A stretch of DNA of 45,790 bases from a virus (lineage: Duplodnaviria; Caudoviricetes). Location of the stretch: IMG/VR virus record IMGVR_UViG_3300012167_000015, positions 1 through 45,790 of that record; one strand, written 5' to 3'. The translations under genes were made by a program, and so were the position numbers. The notes beneath the pieces were generated by a model that saw only the letters and a list, made by a program, of their open reading frames with translations, did not search any database and was not told the origin of the DNA. Below, piece by piece: positions 8,633-18,808 of this stretch; positions within the stretch are counted from its first letter, which is position 1, and every line of letters starts with the position of its first letter.

Positions 8633-8931
8633 GACACCGCCCGGAGCTCGACAGCGGCGAGAACCTCGGCGGGGTCCATGCCGGCGTGCACGAACCCTTC
8701 GACGGCGAGCCGGGGGATCAACCGCCGCTCCCCCATGTGCGGGACGAGCGGAAGGTGGCCGGCTCCGACGAGGCGGCGCACGGTGGTCGGCGAGGTGCCG
8801 ATGACGACCGCGGCCCGCGGGATCGTGTAGGTCAGCGGCTCGGGGTCGGCGAGGCGCGCCGTATAGGGGGCTAGGGCCTCGTCGACCGCAGTCCGCACCT
8901 CGGTGCGGATGAGGTCCTCGAGGGTGGCCAT
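8629..8931 (-). CDS. Excisionase-like HTH DNA-binding protein
   Basis: LTYTIPRAAVVIGTSPTTVRRLVGAGHLP..MGERRLIP (HTH_17-like); directly after Cro. Confidence 0.85.
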   Translation of the reverse strand: MATLEDLIRTEVRTAVDEALAPYTARLADPEPLTYTIPRAAVVIGTSPTTVRRLVGAGHLPLVPHMGERRLIPRLAVEGFVHAGMDPAEVLAAVELRAVS

Positions 8932-9194
8932 CAGCTGGCCTCCCCCATGTCGGCGCGAGCCGGCCAGGCGAAAAGCTCGGCGGGCTCGATCATCAGCCGG
9001 TCGGCGATCACGGCCTTCAGCCGGTCGTGCGGGATCATGTCGCCCGCCTCGATCTTGGAGATCGTCTGCTGCGTCACGTCGCAGAGGCCGGCGAGCTGGG
9101 TCTGTGTGAAGCCGAGCTCGGTGCGGCGGTCGGCCACGGCCTTCCCCCACCGTTCAGCGAGCGTCTCCACAACCGTCAACTGTCTCACAGCCAC
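8931..9194 (-). CDS. Cro-like XRE HTH regulator
   Basis: RRTELGFTQTQLAGLCDVTQQTISKIEAG; divergent from the repressor. Confidence 0.88.
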   Translation of the reverse strand: MAVRQLTVVETLAERWGKAVADRRTELGFTQTQLAGLCDVTQQTISKIEAGDMIPHDRLKAVIADRLMIEPAELFAWPARADMGEAS

Positions 9195-9290
9195 AGGTTG
9201 TACACCTGCTGGGCGTGTCCGTCAACACCCGTCAGTTGTACCCCAACCGTGTAACTACACTACAACTCAGAAGTGTGCGACTCTTGAGGG
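9169..9290. promoter_or_regulatory. Lysis/lysogeny switch: leftward promoter plus operator-like half sites
   Basis: Minus strand TTGACG (9225-9220)-17 nt-TACAAC (9202-9197). ACAAC/GTTGT motifs at 9169, 9197, 9235 and 9262 in a relatively AT-rich gap between divergent HTH genes. Confidence 0.65.
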
Positions 9291-9962
9291 GTGTCGAGCC
9301 CAGAGTCCACGTTCGTGGGCGGACGCATTCGGGCGGAACGAGAGCGCGCTGGACTGACCCAGGCCAAGCTCGGCGAGCTCATCGGCGTCACGCAGCAGTC
9401 CGTTGGAAAGTGGGAGTCCAAGGGCAACGTCTCTGCGAAACGCCTCGAGGCGATTGCCCAGGTGCTTCAGGTACCTGTCGCCCATCTTCTTGGCCCTATC
9501 AACGAGGTCGAAATCGACGCACAACTCAGGCAGCTGAGGGATCTCGGCGACGCGGCGTCAGCCCGATTCGCCGACCTCTTCGAGATGCTCGAACCGGTCA
9601 ACCAGTCGCTGCGACTTCACGCGAACCCCGAGAACCTGGAGTGCGCACTCGACGCCGCCCGCTCAGTGCGGAAAATCCTCTTCGACGCCGCCTACGCCAT
9701 TCAGGAGACACGCAAGGGCCTCCACCAACTCGGCATCCACAGCTTCGATGAGCCACTCGAGCAGCTCAGGCGTCAGAGCCTGGATGCGTTCACCGAGCAG
9801 GTCGCGCCGCTCGTCGACGCCATCGAGGAAACGCTGGCTAGCTGGGATGAGCAGCCGGCCGAGCTCCTCGCCGCTCACGGCGCGGACCCTGAAGCACAGA
9901 CGGTCGAACCGGTTGGGCGACCCGGCGCCGACGCCCCAGAAGAGCAGGAGCCCAACACATGA
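9291..9962 (+). CDS. CI/ImmR-like immunity repressor
   Basis: N-terminal XRE HTH (RIRAERERAGLTQAKLGELIGVTQQSVGKWE). No S24 autoprotease domain seen, consistent with cleavage by the adjacent ImmA-type protease. Confidence 0.88.
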   Translation: MSSPESTFVGGRIRAERERAGLTQAKLGELIGVTQQSVGKWESKGNVSAKRLEAIAQVLQVPVAHLLGPINEVEIDAQLRQLRDLGDAASARFADLFEMLEPVNQSLRLHANPENLECALDAARSVRKILFDAAYAIQETRKGLHQLGIHSFDEPLEQLRRQSLDAFTEQVAPLVDAIEETLASWDEQPAELLAAHGADPEAQTVEPVGRPGADAPEEQEPNT

Positions 9963-10426
9963 AGCGATCACGAACCCTCGCCGGAGCCATCGTGGGCGCC
10001 ACGATCCTGGCGGGATGCAGCTCCGGCAACGACGACACGCAAGAGTCGACGACCACCTCCACGACGTCGACGACGATCGAGGTCTCCCCCGAAGAGGCCT
10101 TCAGGCAGGACCTGACCGCGGCGCTCAACAGCGACCAGCCCGGGTTCGAGGAAGCCACCCTCGACCTCGGACAGACGTTGTGCAGGACCATCGATGAAGC
10201 GGAGACCGGAATAGCAGAGGACGATGCCGAGAACGACACCCCAGAGTCGGATGCTGCGATCTCGGATGCAGTGGTCACCATGGCCATCGTGAGCGTGTAC
10301 GAACCGCTCACCGAAGGCGACCGGGACCCCCAGGTGGCGGCAACGATCATGCGGCTCACCGGTGAGCACCTCTGCCCGGACCACGCCGAGGCGATCGAGG
10401 AAGTGCTGGTCGCCCGCGGCCAGTAG
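9959..10426 (+). CDS. Lipoprotein, possible superinfection exclusion
   Basis: Lipobox LAGC, Thr-rich linker, two Cys (GQTLC...HLCP) reminiscent of DUF732; coupled to the repressor. Confidence 0.75.
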   Translation: MKRSRTLAGAIVGATILAGCSSGNDDTQESTTTSTTSTTIEVSPEEAFRQDLTAALNSDQPGFEEATLDLGQTLCRTIDEAETGIAEDDAENDTPESDAAISDAVVTMAIVSVYEPLTEGDRDPQVAATIMRLTGEHLCPDHAEAIEEVLVARGQ

Positions 10427-10429
10427 GAC

Positions 10430-10458
10430 CGTCACACCCCCTCCGTAGGGTCGAGCGG
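10430..10458 (+). promoter_or_regulatory. PafBC/RecA-NDp-like promoter for the ImmA-type protease (leaderless)
   Basis: CGTCAC-N10-TAGGGT-N7-GTG. Confidence 0.6.
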
Positions 10459-10902
10459 GTGGCTGGGGAGACGACCGTCTGGAACCCGTGGCGGGCCCTC
10501 CGCGAGCGCCCACACCTCCAGCTCGCCTGGGGCCGGCTGTCGCACGGCAAGGGCCGGATCGTCGACCACGGCGACGGCCAGCGCACCGTCACCCTCGACA
10601 CCCGGCTCACGCGCATCGATCGGAACGCGGTGCTAGCGCACGAGCTGGTGCACGACGAGCTCGACTTCCTGTGGGCCCGCGGGACGCCGGCGGCGATCGT
10701 TGCTCACGGGGAGCGGGTGGTCGATCGGATCGTGGCCGACCGCCTCGTGCCGCCGCAGCTGCTGCACCAGTTCGTGTACGCGTACAGCGAGCTCGAGGGC
10801 GTCACCATCACCGTCGCCGCCGACGAGTTCCAGGTGCCTCTCGATGTGGCCGATCTCGCCCTGCAACGCCTTCCCTTCTGGAGGGCCGAGGCCGTGGGCT
10901 AG
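10459..10902 (+). CDS. ImmA/IrrE-family metallopeptidase (anti-repressor)
   Basis: WNPWRAL N-terminus, RNAVLAHELVH (HExxH), ADRLVP, AADEFQV; located between repressor and integrase. Confidence 0.88.
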   Translation: MAGETTVWNPWRALRERPHLQLAWGRLSHGKGRIVDHGDGQRTVTLDTRLTRIDRNAVLAHELVHDELDFLWARGTPAAIVAHGERVVDRIVADRLVPPQLLHQFVYAYSELEGVTITVAADEFQVPLDVADLALQRLPFWRAEAVG

Positions 10903-12032
10903 GGGCCGTCGAGGGCTTGGCCGAGGTGGTCGGCGGCCTGCCGGTCGCGGGCGGGCTGGAAGTGCGAGTACACCTCGAGCGGGGTGGTGGTGTTCGCCCA
11001 GCCGCCCCGGCCGGCGAGCGTGCCGATGTCATACCCGTCGGCGAGAAGCCGGGTGGCCATCCAGTGCCGGAGGTCGTGGAGACGCACGTGCTCGAGGTCA
11101 AGGCGCCTGCGCAGCGCTGCGAACCGCTGGGTCGCGCCGTCAGGGTGCCACGGTTGCCGGCCAGCCGGATCCCGCGAGAAGAGATGAGCATCGTCGACTA
11201 GCGGGGCGCCGACGGCGAGCGAGGACTCGGCCTGCCGGATGCGATGGTCTCGGAGCTCGACGATGGTCGCTGGGTCGAGGGCCACGGGGTGGCGGAGCCC
11301 GGTCTTGGTGCCCTTCTCGACGGCGCCCCCCTTCACCTTGGCGAGGGCGCGGGTCCAGCGGATCTCGCCGGCGTCGAGGTCGACGTCGGTCCAGCGGAGT
11401 GCGCAGACCTGGCCGCGGCGGGCGCCGGTGACGGCGGAGAGGCGGATGTACAGGCGGAGGGTGGGGTCGGCGGCGTCGAGGAGCCGGGTGACGTCGGCTG
11501 AGCTCGGCGGGACGATCTCGCTCCTGGAGCGCCGTGGCGGGTCGATCCGGTCCGCCGGCGACGAGGTGATCAGGTCCCAGCGGACGGCCTGGCGGAGGGC
11601 GGCACGGAGGATGTCGTGGAGGCGGGCGACGCTGGAGGGGCCGAGGCCCTCGGCGCGAAGCCGGGTGTAGAGGTGGTCGAGGTCGACGGGTCGGAGCCGG
11701 TCGACGGCGATCGTGCCGATGCGCGGGGCGAGGTGCCTGGCGATGCGGGCTCGGGTCTCGTCGGCGGCGCCGGGGGACCAGCTGGGGGCGCGGTGCTGGA
11801 TGTAACGCTCGAGGAGCCCGGCCATGGTGGTGCCGGCGCAGGGGACGGTGCGTCCGGCGTCGACCTCGGTGACGAGCTTGGCGAGCTCGCGACGTGCGGC
11901 GCGCTCCCCGGTGCGCGTGTCGGGGCCGGCGACGGTCCGGTAGACGTGTCGGCGCTTGCCGGTGATGGGGTCGGGGCCGGCGTCGACTCGGAGCCGCCAT
12001 GCCCCGGCGCGGTGGCGGAGGTACCCGGTCAT
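10899..12032 (-). CDS. int: Tyrosine integrase
   Basis: TGARRGQ (R), KT (K), HDLRH, GGW (W variant), EVYSH (Y); N-terminal arm-binding DPITGKRR. Confidence 0.96.
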   Translation of the reverse strand: MTGYLRHRAGAWRLRVDAGPDPITGKRRHVYRTVAGPDTRTGERAARRELAKLVTEVDAGRTVPCAGTTMAGLLERYIQHRAPSWSPGAADETRARIARHLAPRIGTIAVDRLRPVDLDHLYTRLRAEGLGPSSVARLHDILRAALRQAVRWDLITSSPADRIDPPRRSRSEIVPPSSADVTRLLDAADPTLRLYIRLSAVTGARRGQVCALRWTDVDLDAGEIRWTRALAKVKGGAVEKGTKTGLRHPVALDPATIVELRDHRIRQAESSLAVGAPLVDDAHLFSRDPAGRQPWHPDGATQRFAALRRRLDLEHVRLHDLRHWMATRLLADGYDIGTLAGRGGWANTTTPLEVYSHFQPARDRQAADHLGQALDGP

Positions 12033-12062
12033 CGGGCGTCACGGTAGGCGCGGGGTGTGACG
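12033..12062 (-). promoter_or_regulatory. PafBC/RecA-NDp-like promoter for the integrase (leaderless)
   Basis: Minus strand CGTCAC-N10-TACCGT-N8-ATG. Confidence 0.6.
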
Positions 12063-12141
12063 TAGGGGGGCAGAACCGGGGGCAGACGTGACCGGACCGC
12101 TGGCGGGGTGGGCCGGAAAGTGTCCTTGACCTGGGGCGTTG

Positions 12142-12188
12142 TGGTCGGGTGGGGGAGATTTGAACTCCCGACCTCTGCGTCCCGAACG
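12142..12188 (-). other. attP core: 3' half of tRNA-Pro(CGG)
   Basis: Minus strand CGTTCGGGACGCAGAGGTCGGGAGTTCAAATCTCCCCCACCCGACCA gives the anticodon loop, T-arm, acceptor 3' strand and CCA, about 110 bp from the int start. GGGGGCAG arm-type repeats occur near 12066-12085 and 12282. Confidence 0.9.
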
Positions 12189-12351
12189 GCGCTTGCACGT
12201 CCCCACCACCCGCCAACGGGCGGCTCTGGCGTCATGAGCGGGCGTCGGTGGCCGTGGTGCGTGCTGGTGATGACGCCCGAGGGGGGCAGGGCGGGGGAAG
12301 CGCGACCCGAGTTGATCCGGAGTGTCACACCCTCGGCGCGACGATCACTCG

Positions 12352-12534
12352 ATGCGCAAGAGGTACCGGCTCCACATCGTCAACACGAGCACCTGGCACC
12401 GCGCCCGGTCGGTAGCACACGCGCTCGAGCTCGTCGACGAGAAGGCGAGCGGCGGGGAGACCTGGCTGGTGACGGTTGCTGTCGGTGCCGGGGATGACCG
12501 CGTCGTGCGTCAGGGCGTGGGCGGCGGCGGTTGA
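12352..12534 (+). CDS. Small hypothetical protein
   Basis: MRKRYRLHIVNTSTWHR...; preceded by a TGTCACACCC motif and followed by a hairpin. Confidence 0.5.
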   Translation: MRKRYRLHIVNTSTWHRARSVAHALELVDEKASGGETWLVTVAVGAGDDRVVRQGVGGGG

Positions 12535-12578
12535 GCGCCGGCGAGCTGTAGGTGAGCTCGGGGTCTGGACGCGACGAT

Positions 12579-12609
12579 GCCCCCTCCTCCCGGTGTGGGA
12601 AGAGGGGGC
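12579..12609. terminator. Hairpin terminator between convergent late operon and small ORF
   Basis: Minus strand GCCCCCTCTTCCC-ACACC-GGGAGGAGGGGGC stem-loop. Confidence 0.7.
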
Positions 12610-12729
12610 GAGGAGCGCTTCGGAAGCTGGGCTAGCACGGGCCGTGGGACTAGAGCAGCGTGGGTCTAGTTGCGTCCCCCGTTGTCGTCGATCCACTGGA
12701 CGACGTCGGCCATCGGGATAGCACCGGGA

Positions 12730-13317
12730 CTAGGGCAGCGCAGCGGTCAGAAGCGCGGCGACGATCGCTGTCGCCGCTTCGCTCCAGTGCACCCCGTCGT
12801 AGTAGTAGGTGACGTTCCCCTCGTCCTCGAGGTTGGCGTTGCCGGTGAGGTCGACCTTGATGTCGAACGCGTCTTGAGCGTCGGCGAGGACCAGGACGTT
12901 GGCAGCTTGCCGGACGGTTTCTTGGCCGCCGGTGTTGGCCGTGTTCGGGGGGATGGTGAGGTTGACGATCGTCCCGAACCCCTCAGCCCGGCGGGCGTCG
13001 GCGTAGGCCACCATGTCGTCGTAGACCTGCTGCGCCGTGTCGCCGTTGTGGATGTCGGTCGTCCCGCCACACATGATGAGCGTCGTCGACGTGGCGGCTT
13101 TGGCGAACGGGTCGACCTGGATCGGGGCGACCCCGGCGAGGTCGAACCCTGTGGAGTCCCAATGGGTGCCGCCGACCGCCCGGATGCGGTAGCGGATCCC
13201 GAGCGGGTTGAACGTCTTGTAGGCGAACGTCGTGGAGCCCCCGGCAGGGGCAACACAGAGCGACTGGCCCGCGACGATGACCAGTTGGCCCATCGCTCGA
13301 GCTTGCGCCGGGGTCAC
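12730..13317 (-). CDS. SGNH/GDSL-family hydrolase
   Basis: Block I AGQSL, block III CGGTTDI, block V DGVHW. Confidence 0.85.
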   Translation of the reverse strand: MTPAQARAMGQLVIVAGQSLCVAPAGGSTTFAYKTFNPLGIRYRIRAVGGTHWDSTGFDLAGVAPIQVDPFAKAATSTTLIMCGGTTDIHNGDTAQQVYDDMVAYADARRAEGFGTIVNLTIPPNTANTGGQETVRQAANVLVLADAQDAFDIKVDLTGNANLEDEGNVTYYYDGVHWSEAATAIVAALLTAALP

Positions 13318-14888
13318 GATCCGGCCGGGATGCGTCGCACGGTGAACGCCCTACATGTCGTCAGCATCGCCCCGCTGGCGGTGTCGTGCGCCGAGGTGAA
13401 GTCGATCGCACTACCGACGCCGGACGGTGTGTAAGCGACCTGGGTGCCTGGGGCGATCCGATGCAATGTGGCGGCTCCACCCGTCACAGGCCCGACCACC
13501 ATCGTCCCGTACGGATCCCATGTACCCCCAGCCGTTGAGGTCAGGCGCATCGTCATGCTGATGAACCAGGGGTACGTCGCCGCCCCCGCGTTGGCGAACG
13601 TGAGCGCCCCACTGGTCCACAGGTTCGACGCTCCCCACTTGATGCGGATCGTGTCGGTCTGGTTGCCGCCCACGTTGTTGCCAGTCGTCCCCCACACCTG
13701 GATCTCCAACACATCTCCGACTGCCACGGTGTCGGCAGGCATCGTGTACGTGCTCGTGAGCATTGAGGTCGGCCCCGTGCCGCTCACCGCTGCCGTTGGG
13801 GTGGCGTTGAACAGGCGGCGAACGAACACGTCTGCGAGACTGAAACTCGCCTCGGTCGGGTCCGTGACGACGTCCAGCTCCACCGGGAAGACGGCCGCCA
13901 GCTCGGGGAGCGCGGCGATCGCTGCGCCGTACTTGTCGACCCACGTGCCGGGTGTCCCGCCGACCGTGCAGAAGTAGAGCGCACCTGTGTCGTCGATAGA
14001 CACTTGGCCGGCCACCCACGTGCCGCTCGCAGGCGGGCCGGAGGCAGTGCCGCCTGAGAGGATACGGTCTTCCGTCGCCCCGGTCTGACCGTTGGCCCTC
14101 ACCGTCGGGGCTTCGACCTCCCCGGTGAACACCTGCCCGTTGACGATCGCGTCCAACGCCGCCTGCTGCGCGGCCGAGACCGGCTTGTTGGCATCGGACG
14201 TGTTGTCGACATTCGACAGCCCGACCTCAGCCTTCGTCACCGCGAGCTGCGCCGAGGGGACCTTGCCGGCGCCGTCGAGCTCGGCCACGCCCGAGGCGGA
14301 GCCCTTCTGGGTGAGCGGGATCAGCAGGGCGTCGGCGTTGCCGCGAGCTGTCGCCTCAGCGGTGTCCGCCGCGGCACGGGCGGCGGCCTCGGCGGTGAGG
14401 GCGGAGACGAGTGCGTACTGCGGATGATCGTTGTCGCCGAGCCCGGTGAGCAGGCCGTGGTCGGTGACTCCCCCTTCGCCATCGCCGCCGGCGGATGCGG
14501 CGTGGAAGTCGATCGGGATCGTGATCGACGAGGTGACGACCTGCACCGGCACGGTGAGCCCAGCGGGCGGGGCAGCGGCGGCCTCGTCGGAGTGCAGGGC
14601 CGTCCAGGTGGCGATCTGCGGGGTGCCGGTCGTGTCCCACAGGCTGACGACGTAGCGGCCAGCAGCGGGGATCGTGAGGGTCGCTGTGACCGTGTTGGCG
14701 GCTACGTCGGCGGCGACCGTGTCGATGACGCCGGACGCGTCGGAGATCTGCACCTCGAAGGTGCGGCCCGCCAGGTATCCGTCGGGGAAGTCGTTGGCTC
14801 CGTCTCCCCAGGTGCCCTCGACGACCTGGCCGGGGTACGCCTTCCAGACGAACCCGCCGGGCCGGGTGTCGATCTCCTCGAGTGGCAT
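13314..14888 (-). CDS. Tail fibre / receptor-binding protein
   Basis: Recurrent fibre motifs DHGLLTGLGDNDHPQY, GVAELDGAGKVPSAQL, VGLSNVDNTSDANKPVS and CTVGGTPGTW. Confidence 0.8.
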   Translation of the reverse strand: MPLEEIDTRPGGFVWKAYPGQVVEGTWGDGANDFPDGYLAGRTFEVQISDASGVIDTVAADVAANTVTATLTIPAAGRYVVSLWDTTGTPQIATWTALHSDEAAAAPPAGLTVPVQVVTSSITIPIDFHAASAGGDGEGGVTDHGLLTGLGDNDHPQYALVSALTAEAAARAAADTAEATARGNADALLIPLTQKGSASGVAELDGAGKVPSAQLAVTKAEVGLSNVDNTSDANKPVSAAQQAALDAIVNGQVFTGEVEAPTVRANGQTGATEDRILSGGTASGPPASGTWVAGQVSIDDTGALYFCTVGGTPGTWVDKYGAAIAALPELAAVFPVELDVVTDPTEASFSLADVFVRRLFNATPTAAVSGTGPTSMLTSTYTMPADTVAVGDVLEIQVWGTTGNNVGGNQTDTIRIKWGASNLWTSGALTFANAGAATYPWFISMTMRLTSTAGGTWDPYGTMVVGPVTGGAATLHRIAPGTQVAYTPSGVGSAIDFTSAHDTASGAMLTTCRAFTVRRIPAGS

Positions 14889-15232
14889 CAGGCGATGGTG
14901 ATGAGGAGGATCACGAGGACCACCCCGAACGAGATCGCGGCGACCTCGAGGACGGTGACGCCAGCGTCACCGAACAGCTCGTCGACGTCGGAGGTGGTGG
15001 GCACCGGGTCGGCCGGGGTGTTCATCACCTGCACCTCGGTGGCCGTGGCGGGCTGGGTCCGGGCCAGGAGAGCAGTCGTACCGGTGAGCGCACCGATCGA
15101 CAGCTGCGTCAGAGCGTCGGGGATCGGCGTCTGTGTGAAGGCGAGGAACGTGATCGCTGCGACGCTGCCGACGAGCACGAGGCCGAGGGCGAGGACGACG
15201 ACACGGACGGGGAACCGATCGGGGGAGCTCAT
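14888..15232 (-). CDS. Holin-like membrane protein (2-3 TM)
   Basis: MSSPDRFPVRVVVLALGLVLVGSVAAITFLA...; hydrophobic segments; ATGA coupling. Confidence 0.65.
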   Translation of the reverse strand: MSSPDRFPVRVVVLALGLVLVGSVAAITFLAFTQTPIPDALTQLSIGALTGTTALLARTQPATATEVQVMNTPADPVPTTSDVDELFGDAGVTVLEVAAISFGVVLVILLITIA

Positions 15233-15378
15233 CGGACACCCACCGCGCGCTCCCATGCGACGTGCTTGGCACGGCCCAGCGGGAGCCGCTTGAAGCTGAG
15301 ACGCCAGATGCGTTCCAGCGCCACGGTGGCGATGGCCCACGGACGGCTGGTGACGGGCATGGCCCAATGCTTGAACAT
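15229..15378 (-). CDS. 49-aa basic Trp-rich peptide
   Basis: AAGGAG RBS, then MFKHWAMPVTSRPWAIATVALERIWRLSFKRLPLGRAKHVAWERAVGVR; the stop overlaps the next start. Confidence 0.65.
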   Translation of the reverse strand: MFKHWAMPVTSRPWAIATVALERIWRLSFKRLPLGRAKHVAWERAVGVR

Positions 15379-15425
15379 GGTGGTTCTCCTTGTTGGGTGT
15401 CACGCGCAGGAACTAGGGCGACCAG

Positions 15426-17137
<1,712 letters not shown>

Positions 17138-17153
17138 GGTGGGGGGCCTTCCG

Positions 17154-17558
17154 CTAGTTGTTCGGTTTCAACGACCGCAGCTCTGCTTCGAGCGCGGTGA
17201 TCTTGGCGAGGAGGGTCCGGGCCTCCGCGTCCCAGGCCGCTCGGTCGGCACGGCGCTGCTCGGAGATCTCCTTCATCTGGCCTCGGAACTCGGCGATCTC
17301 CGCTCGAGCGCCCCTGAGCGCGTCCGCTTGACCCTCACGCAGCTCCTGGAGGAACGCGAGCGTGCTGGCATCCCTGCTCACCGCCTGGGCGACCTCCGCC
17401 GCCGCCTGCTCGACCTTCGCTGTCACCTGTTCGGCAGTGGTGATGCGGTTGTTCTTGCGACGAACATGCTCGAGGCCGTAGGCGGCGACAGCGACGGAGG
17501 CCGCGGGGATGAGGATGTTCGCGGCCAGATCCATGACCGTCACCGCCAGCAGCCTCAC
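17154..17558 (-). CDS. Membrane-anchored coiled-coil protein (lysis accessory)
   Basis: N-terminal hydrophobic helix followed by a heptad-rich tail; GTGA overlap. Confidence 0.7.
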   Translation of the reverse strand: MRLLAVTVMDLAANILIPAASVAVAAYGLEHVRRKNNRITTAEQVTAKVEQAAAEVAQAVSRDASTLAFLQELREGQADALRGARAEIAEFRGQMKEISEQRRADRAAWDAEARTLLAKITALEAELRSLKPNN

Positions 17559-18034
17559 GGCTGGCCGTTTCCGTTCGACGTCCTGAACACGGTCACGTCC
17601 GGGTCGGTCGGGTCGACGTAGCTGAAGGGCGTCATGAGCATCATGAACACGCACGACACGAAGCCGTAGAGGATCCCGAGGCCGGCGACCGTGTTCAGCA
17701 GCTCCCGCCAGGGCGCTCCGTCTTGCCAGATGATGAGCGTCTGGCGCATCTGGAACACGAGCCGCATCGTCAAGAAGAGGACGGTGAGGCCGAGGCCCGC
17801 CCGCGCGGCATGTTCCTCGAACAATCCGACGACCAGCACCACGCCGACCGCGAGGTAGACCCAGCCCCAAGCGTTGATCGGCCAGAACTCGTAGAACGCG
17901 ATGAGGATCGGGGGCGACCCTGCGTCCGGATCAGCTAGAGCAGACGCGGCACCCGTCCACAGCATCATCACGATCACGCCCTGGTAGCCGATGAGGAACA
18001 GCGGATGCGCCGCGCGCAAGAACAGCTTGGGCAT
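17555..18034 (-). CDS. Four-TM membrane protein (holin candidate)
   Basis: Four hydrophobic stretches; lies downstream of the endolysin. Confidence 0.7.
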   Translation of the reverse strand: MPKLFLRAAHPLFLIGYQGVIVMMLWTGAASALADPDAGSPPILIAFYEFWPINAWGWVYLAVGVVLVVGLFEEHAARAGLGLTVLFLTMRLVFQMRQTLIIWQDGAPWRELLNTVAGLGILYGFVSCVFMMLMTPFSYVDPTDPDVTVFRTSNGNGQP

Positions 18035-18047
18035 CAGGTCCCCACGT

Positions 18048-18305
18048 TCAGTGGCAGTTCGCCAGCTCGGGCTCGTACGCGGCCCGGAACTCGGCGACCG
18101 TCTCCGGGTCGGCGGAAGTGACCTCAGCGAGAGCGTCGGTGTAGGCGTCGAACGCGGCGGTCACGTCGTCGCAGTTCTGCTGGCGGGCCGCCCACGACTG
18201 CCAGACGAACATGCCGGAGCCGGCCATGTTGAGCGCGGCGGAGCAGACGACGGCGATGATGAGCCATCGCATCGACTGCCGAATGGGTTGGTCAGGCACC
18301 GTCAC
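18048..18305 (-). CDS. Single-TM protein with Cys pair
   Basis: WLIIAVVCSAALNMAGSGMFVW...NC...NCH. Confidence 0.65.
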   Translation of the reverse strand: MTVPDQPIRQSMRWLIIAVVCSAALNMAGSGMFVWQSWAARQQNCDDVTAAFDAYTDALAEVTSADPETVAEFRAAYEPELANCH

Positions 18306-18567
18306 GCTCCCTGTGGTGTTGCCGGCAGTGGGCGAGATCCGCGCGTAGCCGTTTGATTGTCTGGTCCTTGCGGGCGAGCTCGACCTGGTGGGCGGCGTCG
18401 AGCCGTGCCCACCCCTCGACCTGGAGGCGTACCGAGTCGATCGCCTCGGTTTTGGTCTGTGCCTCCGCTTTCTGGCCTTCGATGATGCGTGTCTGCCGGA
18501 GCGCGAATAGCCCGGCGATCAGCGCGACGAGGGACCCGCCGATGATCCCGCCCAGAGCAGGGTCCAT
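18292..18567 (-). CDS. Single-TM coiled-coil protein
   Basis: MDPALGGIIGGSLVALIAGLFAL followed by a coiled coil. Confidence 0.7.
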   Translation of the reverse strand: MDPALGGIIGGSLVALIAGLFALRQTRIIEGQKAEAQTKTEAIDSVRLQVEGWARLDAAHQVELARKDQTIKRLRADLAHCRQHHRERDGA

Positions 18568-18803
18568 CAGCCACCATCGTCTCGGATCTGCGCTTCCACG
18601 CCGTTCGCTGTGGCGACCAGCTGGTCGACGGCGGTGGACTGTTTGGCCATCTCGTGCCGGAACGCCCGCTGGACCCGCATCGCCGCCGTATAGGCGAGGC
18701 CGGCGACGACCAGCGCCAGCGCGGCGAGGACGAGCGCGGCGGCCTCCGTGGGGATGAGCCCGAGGACCACCAGGGCGACGGCAACGGCGACGAGGCCACG
18801 CAT
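18567..18803 (-). CDS. Two-TM holin-like protein
   Basis: MRGLVAVAVALVVLGLIPTEAAALVLAALALVVAGLAY...; immediately after the endolysin. Confidence 0.7.
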   Translation of the reverse strand: MRGLVAVAVALVVLGLIPTEAAALVLAALALVVAGLAYTAAMRVQRAFRHEMAKQSTAVDQLVATANGVEAQIRDDGG

Positions 18804-18808
18804 CCGGC

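Noticed and set aside
9291-9962. Integration-dependent immunity (attP within the repressor gene)
   Set aside because: attP lies about 2.2 kb away, upstream of the integrase.
12142-12212. Functional tRNA-Pro gene
   Set aside because: The D-arm cannot form and the anticodon stem has two mismatches; treated as attP/pseudo-tRNA.
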